Shown: one piece after another, positions 39,000 to 48,569 of the stretch | How positions within the stretch are numbered: the first letter of the stretch is position 1 | Layout: every line of letters begins with the position of its first letter | DNA from: an uncultured Gammaproteobacteria bacterium | GTDB taxonomy: Bacteria > Pseudomonadota > Gammaproteobacteria > DRLM01 | Reading direction: 5' to 3' | Assembly (NCBI GenBank): GCA_963729605.1 | Contig: CAVSNY010000002.1 | Coordinates: forward strand, 288,001 to 352,000 | Length of the DNA: 64,000 nt | Program-made: the position numbers and the translations under genes | The notes under the pieces: generated by a model | Seen by the model: the letters and a program-made list of their open reading frames with translations, nothing else | What the model was told of the DNA's origin: nothing | The model's database searches: none

Positions 39000-41075
39000 T
39001 CAAGCCTGTTCGGTGAGGTTTTGTAATAAACGGGTCTGCGCGGACAGCGGCGGCGCCTCGCCGCTCGTGGCGCGCAGGTAAGCGCCGTCGGCCTGCATCA
39101 GCCAGGCCTGGGTGTTGTCGGCGAGATAAGCGTGCAAGTCGTCGATGAGCCGTTGTCGGAGATCGGGCTGAGTTACTGGAAAACACACCTCCACCCGCCG
39201 GAACAGATTGCGGTCCATCCAATCGGCGCTGGAGCAGAACACCTCGGGGTTGCCGTCGTTGCCGAAGTGGTAGACGCGGGTGTGCTCCAGAAAACGCCCG
39301 ATGATCGAGCGCACCCGGATGTTATCCGAGACGCCCGCCAGGCCGGGCCGCAGGCTGCACATGCCGCGTACGATCAGATCGATTTCGACGCCGGCCCGCG
39401 AGGCTTGATACAAGGCCTGAATGATTTGCGGTTCCACCAGCGCGTTCATCTTGGCGATGATGCGTCCGCGGCGGCCTTGCTGGGCGTGCTGGGTTTCCCG
39501 GCCGATCTTGGCCAGCAGGGCCTCGTGCAGGGTCAAGGGCGAGGGCAGCAGTTTTTTGAGGGTCTGCACCTTGCCCAGGCTGGTGAGTTGCAGGAAGACC
39601 TGATGGACGTCGCGGCCGAGGTCCGTGTCGCGGGTGAACAGGCCGTAGTCGGTGTACATCCGCGCGGTGCGCGAGTGGTAATTGCCGGTACCGAGATGCA
39701 CGTAATGGCGCAGACGCTGTTGCTCGCGGCGGATCACCAGGATCATTTTGGCGTGGGTCTTGTAACCCACCACGCCGTATACCACATGCGCGCCCGCCTC
39801 CTGCAGGCGATTGGCCAGACCCACGTTGGCCTCTTCGTCGAAGCGGGCGCGCAGTTCGATCACCACCGTCACTTCTTTGCCCGCCCGCGCCGCCGCTTCC
39901 AGGGCATCGACGATGGCGGATTTGAGACCGCTGCGATAAAGGGTCTGCTTGATGGCGAGGACATCGGGATCCTCCGCCGCCTGGCGTACGAAGTCGATGA
40001 CCGGGGCGAAGGATTCGAAGGGGTGATGCAGCAGGATGTCGTGCTTGGCGATGGCCTCGAACAGATTGGCGTTGCGGGTGATCGCCGGGCTGAGTCCCGG
40101 CGTGAAGCTGGGGTATTTCAATTCGGGACGGTCCGCGAGGTCGGCGACGGTCTGCAGGCGATTGAGATTGACCGGTCCGTTGACGCGATAGAGGTCGTCG
40201 GCGCCTATGCCGAACCGGGTCAGCAGGAAGTTGGCGACCTGGTCGGAGCACTGGTCGCTGATCTCCAGGCGCACCGCCTCGCCGAAGTTGCGCGCCACCA
40301 GTTCGCCCTCCACCGCCCGCAATAAGTCGTCGATTTCCTCCTCGTCGACGAACAGGTCGGAGTTGCGCGTGACGCGGAACTGGTAACAGCCCATCACCCG
40401 CATGCCGTGAAACAGTTGACCGACATAGGCGTGGATCACCGAGGACAGGAAGACGAAATCATGGGGGCCGCCGCCGCTTTCCTCCGCCGGCAGTTGAATG
40501 ATGCGCGGCAGGGCGCGCGGGGCCTGGAGGATGGCCATGCCGCTGTTGCGGCCGAAGGCGTCTTTGCCGGTGAGCTCGACGATGAAGTTGAGGCTTTTGT
40601 TGAGGATGCGCGGGAAGGGGTGGGACGGGTCGAGTCCGATCGGGCTGAGCACGGGCAACACGGCTTGTTCGAAATAATTGCGCAGCCACGCTTCTTGCGC
40701 CGGCGTCCAGTCGCTGCGGCGGATGCAGTTGATGCCTTGCCGCGCCAGGGCGGGCAGGATGACGTCGTTCAAGACCCGATACTGTTCGTCCACCAGGGCG
40801 TGGGCGCGCGCGCCGATCAGCTTCAAACTCTCCTGCGGCGATAGATTGTCCGGGCCCGCCTGGGTGGAGCCGGCCTCCAGTTTTTGCTTGAGGCCCGCCA
40901 CCCGGATCTCGAAAAATTCGTCGAGATTCGTCGAGGCGATGCAGAGAAAACGCAGGCGCTCCAATAACGGCACCGCCTCGTCCTTGGCCTGTTCAAGTAC
41001 GCGTTGGTTGAATTCCAGCAGGCTCAACTCGCGATTGACGTACAGCTCCGGGGATTTGAGGTCAAGGTTGTTCAT
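39000..41075 (-). CDS. ppk1: Polyphosphate kinase 1
   Basis: NRELSLLEFNQRVL, HHPFESF, YKTHAKM and GRFLEHTR motifs. Confidence 0.97.
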   Translation of the reverse strand: MNNLDLKSPELYVNRELSLLEFNQRVLEQAKDEAVPLLERLRFLCIASTNLDEFFEIRVAGLKQKLEAGSTQAGPDNLSPQESLKLIGARAHALVDEQYRVLNDVILPALARQGINCIRRSDWTPAQEAWLRNYFEQAVLPVLSPIGLDPSHPFPRILNKSLNFIVELTGKDAFGRNSGMAILQAPRALPRIIQLPAEESGGGPHDFVFLSSVIHAYVGQLFHGMRVMGCYQFRVTRNSDLFVDEEEIDDLLRAVEGELVARNFGEAVRLEISDQCSDQVANFLLTRFGIGADDLYRVNGPVNLNRLQTVADLADRPELKYPSFTPGLSPAITRNANLFEAIAKHDILLHHPFESFAPVIDFVRQAAEDPDVLAIKQTLYRSGLKSAIVDALEAAARAGKEVTVVIELRARFDEEANVGLANRLQEAGAHVVYGVVGYKTHAKMILVIRREQQRLRHYVHLGTGNYHSRTARMYTDYGLFTRDTDLGRDVHQVFLQLTSLGKVQTLKKLLPSPLTLHEALLAKIGRETQHAQQGRRGRIIAKMNALVEPQIIQALYQASRAGVEIDLIVRGMCSLRPGLAGVSDNIRVRSIIGRFLEHTRVYHFGNDGNPEVFCSSADWMDRNLFRRVEVCFPVTQPDLRQRLIDDLHAYLADNTQAWLMQADGAYLRATSGEAPPLSAQTRLLQNLTEQA

Positions 41076-41125
41076 TGGGGGGATATAGCCGGTATTCTCA
41101 ATGCAAACAATCCTATTCCAGATTT

Positions 41126-41143
41126 ATGTCATTAAGATGACAT
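41126..41143 (-). promoter_or_regulatory. Pho-box-like site upstream of ppk1
   Basis: ATGTCAT-CTTA-ATGACAT; TGTCAT/TGACAT half-sites at an 11-bp period. Confidence 0.55.
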
Positions 41144-41196
41144 CGAGGGCTTGGTGGGGTTTGCCAAGCGTTGTATCCCCGTGCAAGAGGGGCGGG

Positions 41197-41230
41197 CGGT
41201 CATATATCCGTCATATTGCCGGCCTAGAAT
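41197..41230 (+). promoter_or_regulatory. Pho box plus -10 element
   Basis: CGGTCAT-ATAT-CCGTCAT (11-bp period), then 10 nt, then TAGAAT. Confidence 0.65.
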
Positions 41231-41251
41231 CCCCATTTCCGAATTGTTCCT

Positions 41252-41554
41252 ATGATTGATTCATCGACCATTATGCCCCACACCCAAGGCGGGGAGCCCC
41301 CCGTTGTCGCCGATGAACTGGGCCACCTGCTCGCGGAAATGGCGGCTTTGCGGGTGGGCGTGATCGCCGGCGCCGCCAAACAGGCATCAGCTCACGTCCC
41401 GGGATCACCGACGCGGCGATGGGCGTGCGCGCCGAATGCGTGATGCTCAAGGGCCCCATGGGGTGGGCGCGGTCAAGGTGATGAGTAATATCTGGTGTGC
41501 ATGCGGGCCCATCAAAAGAAGAAGATCAGCCGGCTGCGGGCCTTGCATTGGTGA
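41252..41554 (+). pseudogene. Pyruvate kinase remnant (large internal deletion plus frameshifts)
   Basis: Shifted frames give ITDAAMGVRAECVML-KGP and MRAHQKKKISRLRALHW*, matching the C-terminus of the long pyruvate kinase family. Confidence 0.75.
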
Positions 41555-41665
41555 AGGCAAGTCGAAGGTCGAGGGTTTTTCCGACGCGGTTCTTTATCAA
41601 ATAGGGATGTTTGATCGAGTTGATGGCCGGGCTGTTGGATCCGCCCTGGGCCGTTGGGTGCAAGG

Positions 41666-41690
41666 GCGGTGCGGATGCCCTCCGCACCGC
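41666..41690. terminator. Hairpin between convergent genes, possible terminator
   Basis: gcggtgcgga/tccgcaccgc 10-bp stem; weak U-tract. Confidence 0.45.
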
Positions 41691-41705
41691 GTTGGACTGC
41701 TTGCT

Positions 41706-41963
41706 TTAATTGTCTAGTTCGATTTTGGTGGTGTGTCCGTCCTTGACATGGATTTCGACCATGCTGCCTTCTTTGATGTCGCCTTTTTTCTTGGTGGTGG
41801 CGTCAAAGTGGGCGCGGTGCTCCACGCCGTTTTTGTCTTTAACGACATAGAACTCGCCGTCGATTTTCACTAACGTCCCTTTATACTCATCGTCCGCGAA
41901 GGCCAGTCCGGACAAGGCCGTCATGCTGCCGGCAAGTACGGTCATCGCTAAAAATTTTCTCAT
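41706..41963 (-). CDS. Small exported beta-rich (OB-fold-like) protein
   Basis: CAGGAG RBS, signal peptide (AFA), G.LVKIDGEFYVVKD..G...IKEGSMVE. Confidence 0.75.
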   Translation of the reverse strand: MRKFLAMTVLAGSMTALSGLAFADDEYKGTLVKIDGEFYVVKDKNGVEHRAHFDATTKKKGDIKEGSMVEIHVKDGHTTKIELDN

Positions 41964-42305
41964 GAGTGTCTCCTGTGGATGTGTGTAAATATCACGTTTG
42001 ACGATTCCACCTTGCAAGTTGCGCTCAGTGAAAGTGAGTGAACAGAGGGTAATGCGCGGAATGGCTTGCCGAGGTGGAAACATTCCCTTGCTGAATGCCA
42101 TATCACCTTAGGCAGTGGGGAGCGGCTTGTCAAATGTCGCGCGGAGACGACGCGAGCGGTGAAGACATGTCTTGGATCGGCGACGGAATAAAAACGATAC
42201 CGTCAGTCCGGTATCTAACAGTTCAAGCGAGGACGGCACGACGGCGGGTATTCATTCCTCGGTACGGGCCCGGCCTCGACCGGACCCGTCAAAATCATGC
42301 TGAAC

Positions 42306-44981
42306 TTACGCCGCTTCCTGCCGCGGGTTTTTAAAACCTTCCGCCAGTACCGGCGTGCCAGTGGTTTCGAGCAGCGGGCCATGTTGCGGCGCCGTGCTCG
42401 GCGTCGGCGCGTCTGCATGCCGGATATTCCGTTTGGGTAGCGCGTTGATCAGCGAGCAATAGAGGGCCGCGACATAGGGCACGGATTGCACGGTCAGCAC
42501 CGCCGCCCACAACACGGCCTCTTCATGGTTCCAACCATAGACGCCCAGCACCGCGCAGGCGCAAACGATCAGGCCGGCCAGCATGAAGAGTTCTTCGCGG
42601 GCCATGGCCAAGCCGCGCACCAGCGCGGGTTTGTCTTCCGCCTTGGGTGTGCGCAGAAAGGGTTGGCCGGAGGTGAACAGGCCTTGAATCATGGCGCGGC
42701 CGATGGTGTGGGTCAGCGACATGCCGGCGATGGCGGCGCCGATCCGTTGCGAAAGGCCGCAAGGCACGCGCACGCGGTACAGCCACAGCGCGTGCAGCAG
42801 TTTGTAGGCGAACACCGCGAGGGTCGGCACCAGAAAGGCCCATAACGGAAACTGCACATGCGCCGGCGCCAGCAACAGACCCAGCGTCCAGAACATCGCC
42901 GCGGCGGTGAACACCACGTGCAGGCCGTCGCTGAACCACGGCAGCCAGCCGCTGAGGAAGTGGTAACGCTGGCCGGCGGTCAGTTGGCTGTCTTTGCCGG
43001 ACCACAGCTGGCGCGAATGGTGTTTGAGGATTTGCACGGCGCCGTAGGCCCAGCGGAAACGCTGACCTTTGTAGCCGGCGTAGGAATGCGGGGTCAGACC
43101 CTTGCCGAAGACTTCGTTGACGTAGACCGATTCGTAGCCGCGCTCGAAGAGGCGCAGACCCAGTTCGGCGTCTTCGCAGATGCACCACTCGGACCAGCCG
43201 TTCAGTTCTTCGAGCGCCGTGCGGCGGATCAAGGTCATGGTGCCGTGTTGAATGATGGCGTTGCGCTCATTGCGGTGCACCATGCCGATGTGGAAGAAGC
43301 CGGCGTATTCCCAGTTGATCATCTCCTTGAAGCGGTCGCCTTCCCATTCGCGGTGATCCTGCGGCGCCTGCACGAAGGCCACCGGTTCGCGTTCGAAATA
43401 CGGGACGAGGCTGCGCAGCCAATCGCGGCGCACGAGATAATCGCTGTCCACCACGCCGATGATCGCGGCGTCCGCCGCGGTTTCCTTCAGCGCGAAATTG
43501 AGCGCGCCGGCCTTGTAGCCCGGCCACTGGCCCAGCGAGAAGAAACGGAAACGCGGTCCGAGTTCGGCGCAGTATTCCGCCACCGGCCGCCACACCGCGG
43601 GGTCTTTGGTGTTGTTGTCGATCACCAGCACTTCAAAATCCGGGTAATCGAGGGCCGCGAGACTGGCTAAGGTTTGTTTGACGAGGTCGGGCGGTTCGTT
43701 GCAGATGGCGAGATGCAGCGAGACCTTGGGCAACGGTTGTTCGGGCGCGGGATGCAGCGCGGTGAACTGCCGTTTGAAGCGCCGCAGCCAGGACATCTCC
43801 ACCAGTTCGAGGCCGTTGATGAGGATGACGGCGTACAGCGCGATCTGCGCCGGCAGCAACACGCCCCAGGCCACGGTGCCCAGCAGCGAGAGGTCTTCGG
43901 TGAAGGGCGCGAAGGCGCTGAGCGTCAGCGCGCAGGCCACGCTCTGGATGAGCAGGGCGAAGAACAGCCGGCCGCGCGCGCGCAGATCGCGCCAGCGCAT
44001 CAAAAACCAGATCATCGGCAACAGGGCGAGCAGCGCCGCGGCGGTGGCCTCGAGCGGCCAGTGCGGGTTGGCGACGATGGGGCCGGACATGGCGAATTTC
44101 TCGCGGCGTTCCACATCGTAAAGCCCCCAGTGCGCGCCCACCGTGCCTTCGAAGGCGTATTTCCACGGCTGATCGAAGGCTTCCATGATGAAGTAGTCGA
44201 ACTGTTTTTCCTGGGCCAGATTGAGGAACTGCCGGATGAACTGCGCCTCGGCGGCGAGGGAGGCGCGCGCGTATTCCCGGCGGTTGCCGTCGCTAGGCCA
44301 GCCCACCTCGGCGATCAGGATGGGTTTGCCGGGAAAGGCGCTTTGCAATTGCCGGTAGCGCTCCGTGACGAACTCGATGGCGGTGTCGGCCGGCACGCCT
44401 TCCCAATAAGGCAAAATATGCGCGGCGATGAAATCGACGTTTTTCGCGAGTTCGGGGTGTTTGATCCACACATGCCAGGGTTCGGCGGTGCTCACCGGCA
44501 GTTTGGTCTGTTTGCGCACTTGTTTGAGATAGGCGGTGAGCTGAGCAATGGTGAGATCACCGCGCAGCACGGCTTCGTTGCCGACGATCAGCCGGTCGAT
44601 ATTGCTGAACTGGCGCGCGTTCTTGACGAGGTTGGCGATTTCTAGGGTGTTGTTGGCGAGGTCCTTGTCCAGCCAGGCGCCGGCGGTGACGGTGAGACCG
44701 TGTTTTTGCGCCAGGCTGGGGATGACTTCCAGACCGTCGGTCGAGGAATAGGTGCGCACCTTGCGCACTTTGTCGGCGATCAATTTGAGGTCGGCGTCGA
44801 TTTGCCGCGCGGTGGGATAACGTTCTTCCAGCGGGTCGTGGTCGCGGTGATAAGGGCTGAAGGAAACCCCGTTGATGACGCCGGTCCAGGCCACCTCCGG
44901 TTGCGGCCGGTTGAGGCTGGCCCACAGCAGCAGATTGGCCGCGACCACTAAAATTAGGATAGTGAAACTGGATGCGCGCAT
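42306..44981 (-). CDS. ndvB: GH17-GT2 fusion, NdvB-like cyclic beta-1,3-glucan synthase
   Basis: GH17 motifs VGNE, HILPYWEG, EVGWPS, EAFDQPWK; GT2 motifs KAGALN, DSDY, ICEDAELG, QRFRW. Confidence 0.85.
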   Translation of the reverse strand: MRASSFTILILVVAANLLLWASLNRPQPEVAWTGVINGVSFSPYHRDHDPLEERYPTARQIDADLKLIADKVRKVRTYSSTDGLEVIPSLAQKHGLTVTAGAWLDKDLANNTLEIANLVKNARQFSNIDRLIVGNEAVLRGDLTIAQLTAYLKQVRKQTKLPVSTAEPWHVWIKHPELAKNVDFIAAHILPYWEGVPADTAIEFVTERYRQLQSAFPGKPILIAEVGWPSDGNRREYARASLAAEAQFIRQFLNLAQEKQFDYFIMEAFDQPWKYAFEGTVGAHWGLYDVERREKFAMSGPIVANPHWPLEATAAALLALLPMIWFLMRWRDLRARGRLFFALLIQSVACALTLSAFAPFTEDLSLLGTVAWGVLLPAQIALYAVILINGLELVEMSWLRRFKRQFTALHPAPEQPLPKVSLHLAICNEPPDLVKQTLASLAALDYPDFEVLVIDNNTKDPAVWRPVAEYCAELGPRFRFFSLGQWPGYKAGALNFALKETAADAAIIGVVDSDYLVRRDWLRSLVPYFEREPVAFVQAPQDHREWEGDRFKEMINWEYAGFFHIGMVHRNERNAIIQHGTMTLIRRTALEELNGWSEWCICEDAELGLRLFERGYESVYVNEVFGKGLTPHSYAGYKGQRFRWAYGAVQILKHHSRQLWSGKDSQLTAGQRYHFLSGWLPWFSDGLHVVFTAAAMFWTLGLLLAPAHVQFPLWAFLVPTLAVFAYKLLHALWLYRVRVPCGLSQRIGAAIAGMSLTHTIGRAMIQGLFTSGQPFLRTPKAEDKPALVRGLAMAREELFMLAGLIVCACAVLGVYGWNHEEAVLWAAVLTVQSVPYVAALYCSLINALPKRNIRHADAPTPSTAPQHGPLLETTGTPVLAEGFKNPRQEAA

Positions 44982-45318
44982 AGTGTGGTAAATCCGGAGG
45001 TGCTGCATACGCCCGTTTACGCACAGCGCCACGCGCCAATCGTGCCGGCGTGCGGTAGGGTGTGTCGCGTTGGAAAACTGATCCCGAGGACTCGGGATTT
45101 ACGGGATGACTGCGGAACCTCAAACTGAAGGTTGACCGGGATATTTTCTCACCGGCCCCCATTGCCGACGATCGGCGCGGATTCTATCTGGAAGACGGGG
45201 TTAAGGGAAGGGCGTTCGCGCCCGGTTGTCATTTAGCGGGGTGGCTGGCAGCATGGGCGCCCATGCTGCCTTGCGCGGCAAGGCAGGCCCCGCGCGTCTC
45301 GTTCTTGAAAGTGTTTTG

Positions 45319-46671
45319 ATGACCCCTGATTCCGTGTCCACGCCGCCGATTGCCCGCGTCTCCCGCGCCGAGGCCTTTCGTTTTTGGTTGAAGCTGGGAT
45401 TCATCAGTTTCGGCGGACCGGCCGGCCAGATCGGCGTCATGCACCAGGAGCTGGTGGAACGCCGCCGCTGGATTTCCGAAAGGCGCTTTCTGCACGCGCT
45501 CAACTATTGCATGGTGTTGCCCGGGCCCGAGGCGCAGCAGCTCGCGACTTACATCGGCTGGCTGTTGCACGGCAGCTGGGGCGGCATCGTCGCCGGCGCG
45601 CTGTTTGTGCTGCCGTCGCTGCTGATTTTGATCTTGCTGTCCTGGTTGTACCTGGCCTTCGGCGACGTGCCGGCGGTGGCCGGGGTGTTGTACGGCATCA
45701 AGCCGGCGGTGACGGCCATCGTGTTGTTCGCGGCCTACCGCATCGGCGCGCGGGTGTTGAAAAACGGCGTGTTGTGGGCGGTGGCGATCATGGCCTTCGC
45801 CGGGCTGTTCCTATTTCAATTGCCGTTTCCGGCCATCGTGATCGGCGCGGCGATCGTCGGCTGGCTGGGCGGCCGCCTCGCGCCGGAACGGTTCCGCTTC
45901 AGCGCTGGACATGGCGGCGGCAAGGTCCATCAGGCCGGCCCGGCCTTGATCGACGACGACACGCCGATCCCCGCCCACGCCCGTCCGTCGCGGGCGCGCA
46001 TGTTGCGTTACGGCGCGGTGGGGGCGGCTTGCTGGCTGGGCGGCATGGGTATGTTGCTGGCGTGGTTCGGTTGGCAGGCCACCTTCACGCAGATGGGCTG
46101 GTTCTTCACCAAGGCCGCCTTGCTGACGTTCGGCGGCGCCTATGCGGTGTTGCCTTATGTGTATCAAGGCGGGGTCGAGCACTACCAGTGGTTGAGCGCC
46201 ACGCAAATGATCGACGGCCTGGCCCTCGGCGAGACCACGCCGGGTCCGCTGATCATGGTGGTGGCCTTCGTCGGTTTCGTGGGGGCGTGGCAACATCTGG
46301 CGTTGGGGCCGGACGCGCTGGTGCTGGCCGGGGTGGCGGGCGCGCTGGTCGCGACGTATTTCACCTTTCTGCCGTCGTTCCTGTTTATCCTGCTGGGCGG
46401 GCCTTGGGTCGAATCGACCCGCGACGACCTTAAATTCACCGCGCCGCTCAGCGCCATCACCGCCGCGGTGGTGGGGGTCATCGTCAATCTCGCGCTGTTT
46501 TTTGCTTATCACGTGTTCTGGCCGCAAGGTTTCGCCGGCGCGTTTGATGGCGTGGCCGCGGTGATCGGTGCGCTGGCCTTGCTCGCCTTGTTCCGTTTCA
46601 AGCTGGGCGTGATCCCCGTCATCGCGGCTTGTGCGGTGTTGGGGTTGGGTGCGCATTGGGCCGGAATATAA
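45319..46671 (+). CDS. chrA: Chromate efflux transporter
   Basis: GFISFGGPAGQI, LPGPEAQQLA, TFGGAYAVL and GETTPGP motifs. Confidence 0.95.
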   Translation: MTPDSVSTPPIARVSRAEAFRFWLKLGFISFGGPAGQIGVMHQELVERRRWISERRFLHALNYCMVLPGPEAQQLATYIGWLLHGSWGGIVAGALFVLPSLLILILLSWLYLAFGDVPAVAGVLYGIKPAVTAIVLFAAYRIGARVLKNGVLWAVAIMAFAGLFLFQLPFPAIVIGAAIVGWLGGRLAPERFRFSAGHGGGKVHQAGPALIDDDTPIPAHARPSRARMLRYGAVGAACWLGGMGMLLAWFGWQATFTQMGWFFTKAALLTFGGAYAVLPYVYQGGVEHYQWLSATQMIDGLALGETTPGPLIMVVAFVGFVGAWQHLALGPDALVLAGVAGALVATYFTFLPSFLFILLGGPWVESTRDDLKFTAPLSAITAAVVGVIVNLALFFAYHVFWPQGFAGAFDGVAAVIGALALLALFRFKLGVIPVIAACAVLGLGAHWAGI

Positions 46672-46736
46672 TCGCGTTGATTTGGCGGGCGTGTGAGCGA
46701 GTTCGGCCAAACCGATAACTTGCGGTGCAATTACTA

Positions 46737-46884
46737 AAAGCTTCTGATCGATTCAGGGATTTCTGGGCATACGGATACATGGCGATGTTCAATGGCGGTC
46801 GCCATTGAGCATGCGGCAAGGCGAAAATCGCAGGGTTCGCTTTACCGCACTGAAAATTCCAGAATTAAATTATTCAAAACTTTC
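46737..46884 (+). mobile_element. MITE copy 6 (heavily decayed)
   Basis: Retains the module order: ttcaatggc..gccattga, gcgaaaatc..ttcgc, ctgaaaattccag, aattattcaaaactttc. Confidence 0.7.
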
Positions 46885-46888
46885 CTAA

Positions 46889-47051
46889 GGAACCTCTGAT
46901 TTTATTCAGAGGTTCCCGCGGCACGCGGATGTGCCGCCCATTGTCAATGGCGTCAGCCATTGACAATGAAGGGCAGCGAAAATCACCTTTTTGCCTTCCC
47001 ATGTCCTGAAAATTCCAGGATGCAATTATGATGGAATTATTCAGAGCTTCC
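46889..47051 (+). mobile_element. MITE copy 7 (tandem with copy 6)
   Basis: GGAACCTCTGATTTTATTCAGAGGTTCC...GAATTATTCAGAGCTTCC; flanks CTAA/CCAA; short duplication near the right end. Confidence 0.88.
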
Positions 47052-47079
47052 CCAAATTAATGCCGCGCGGTTGGACGAG

Positions 47080-47706
47080 TTAATGCCCCCGGATTGTCGT
47101 TGGCGGGAGAGTCGTCGGCCCTGGCCCGGTGCGATGGCGACTCTGCGCCGGCAAGGTATCCCGCGCGGTTTCCACTCGCGGCCGCATCGCCGCCGCGCGC
47201 GGAGGCGCGGTGTGTGGGTCGCGAAACAGCAAACACCAGGCCTTGCTGGCCGCGGCGGCCGCTTGCAAGCGGCGCAGGGTGTGTTCGTCGCCGAAAGCGG
47301 GCCAGGCCAGGACCGCGCCACAGGTGCCGGCGCGCAAGGCCATTTCCACCGTTCGCAATCCATCGCTGCCGGGGCGGGGATGGACCACTAAAACACGGGA
47401 TAAATTGACGCCATGGGCGGCCAGGGTGGGGGCGATGGGGATGTGCGGCGGCGCGATCCAGGCCAGCCAGCGGCCTTCCTGGCTGAGGCGGGCCAGGGCG
47501 GGCAATACCCACTTCAGTTCATCGCCGCCGGTTTGAGAGGGCCATATCTCGGTGAGCGCGCCCCGCGGCCAGCCGCCGCCGGGTAGCTCGGCGTCGAGGG
47601 CGGGAAGGCCGGTGGGTATATCGACTGACGCCGCGGGGCGCGAGTCGCCGCCGTGCCAGAGGGTGAGTTGTGAGAGGTGATCGAAGCGGTTGTGCAGGTG
47701 ACTCAT
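47080..47706 (-). CDS. imuA: ImuA/SulA-like RecA-fold SOS protein
   Basis: TG...[20 protein letters not shown] and LRRLQ.AA motifs. Confidence 0.85.
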   Translation of the reverse strand: MSHLHNRFDHLSQLTLWHGGDSRPAASVDIPTGLPALDAELPGGGWPRGALTEIWPSQTGGDELKWVLPALARLSQEGRWLAWIAPPHIPIAPTLAAHGVNLSRVLVVHPRPGSDGLRTVEMALRAGTCGAVLAWPAFGDEHTLRRLQAAAAASKAWCLLFRDPHTAPPRAAAMRPRVETARDTLPAQSRHRTGPGPTTLPPTTIRGH

Positions 47707-48326
47707 AAAGGGCTCCCTTGGCGAATGATGCCCACGCCCAAGCCTTCGATGACCAGGGATTGATGACGCAGGTCTACTTCAATGGGGTTAAAGTCCGGGT
47801 TTTCCGGCAGCAGGCGCAGCGAGTGTTTTTCGCCGCGGCGGCGGTCCAGGCGTTTGACGGTGACTTCCTCGTCGAGGCGGGCGACCACGATCTGGCCGTG
47901 GCGGACCTCGGCGGTGCGGTGCACGGCGAGCAGGTCGCCGTCGAGGATGCCGGCGTCGCGCATGCTCAGGCCGCGCACCCGCAGCAGGTAATCGGCGCGT
48001 GGTTGAAAGAGGCCGGCGTCGATCTGGTAATGGTTCTCGATGTGTTGTTCGGCGAGGATGGGGTTGCCCGCCGCGACCCGCCCTATCAGCGGCAGGCCGC
48101 TCGCCGCGCGCGGGGTTTGCAGCAGGCGGATGCCGCGCGAGGTGCCGCGCAGGATCTCGATATGCCCCTTGCGCGCGAGGGTGCGTAGATGTTCTTCCGC
48201 GGCGTTGGCCGAGCGGAAGCCGAATTTTTCGGCGATCTCGGCGCGGGTGGGGGGGAGGCCAGTGTCCTCCATGCGTTCCCGGATCATTTTTAGAATTTCC
48301 GCTTGGCGACGGGTCAGTTCCGACAT
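47703..48326 (-). CDS. lexA: SOS repressor LexA
   Basis: [29 protein letters not shown] and TVKR motifs. Confidence 0.97.
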   Translation of the reverse strand: MSELTRRQAEILKMIRERMEDTGLPPTRAEIAEKFGFRSANAAEEHLRTLARKGHIEILRGTSRGIRLLQTPRAASGLPLIGRVAAGNPILAEQHIENHYQIDAGLFQPRADYLLRVRGLSMRDAGILDGDLLAVHRTAEVRHGQIVVARLDEEVTVKRLDRRRGEKHSLRLLPENPDFNPIEVDLRHQSLVIEGLGVGIIRQGSPL

Positions 48327-48343
48327 GGTCTTCTCCTGTGTGG

Positions 48344-48359
48344 CTGTATTTTTATACAG
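48344..48359. promoter_or_regulatory. SOS box
   Basis: CTGTATTTTTATACAG (CTGT-N8-ACAG) just upstream of lexA. Confidence 0.92.
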
Positions 48360-48569
48360 TATTTCTGTTTTTGGCAAGCCCAAATTACCAAAGCGGTTTT
48401 GGCGTGCTCCGCTCCAAACTGGAGCGCCTCGTTGATTTCGCGCACTTATACGGTGCTTGCAGAGAGTTTGCGGCGCCGAGATTTTATTTAACTTGTTGAT
48501 AATTATAATCGTCTATTTTGGTGCGTTTATTGCTGGCTATTGCGCAAAATTTGTTCAATGGGAGGCATG

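Noticed and set aside
46737-47051. Possible CRISPR array or integron attC array from the repeated palindromes
   Set aside because: Units are ~150 bp and dispersed, with no repeat-spacer periodicity, no cas or intI gene, and core genes as neighbours
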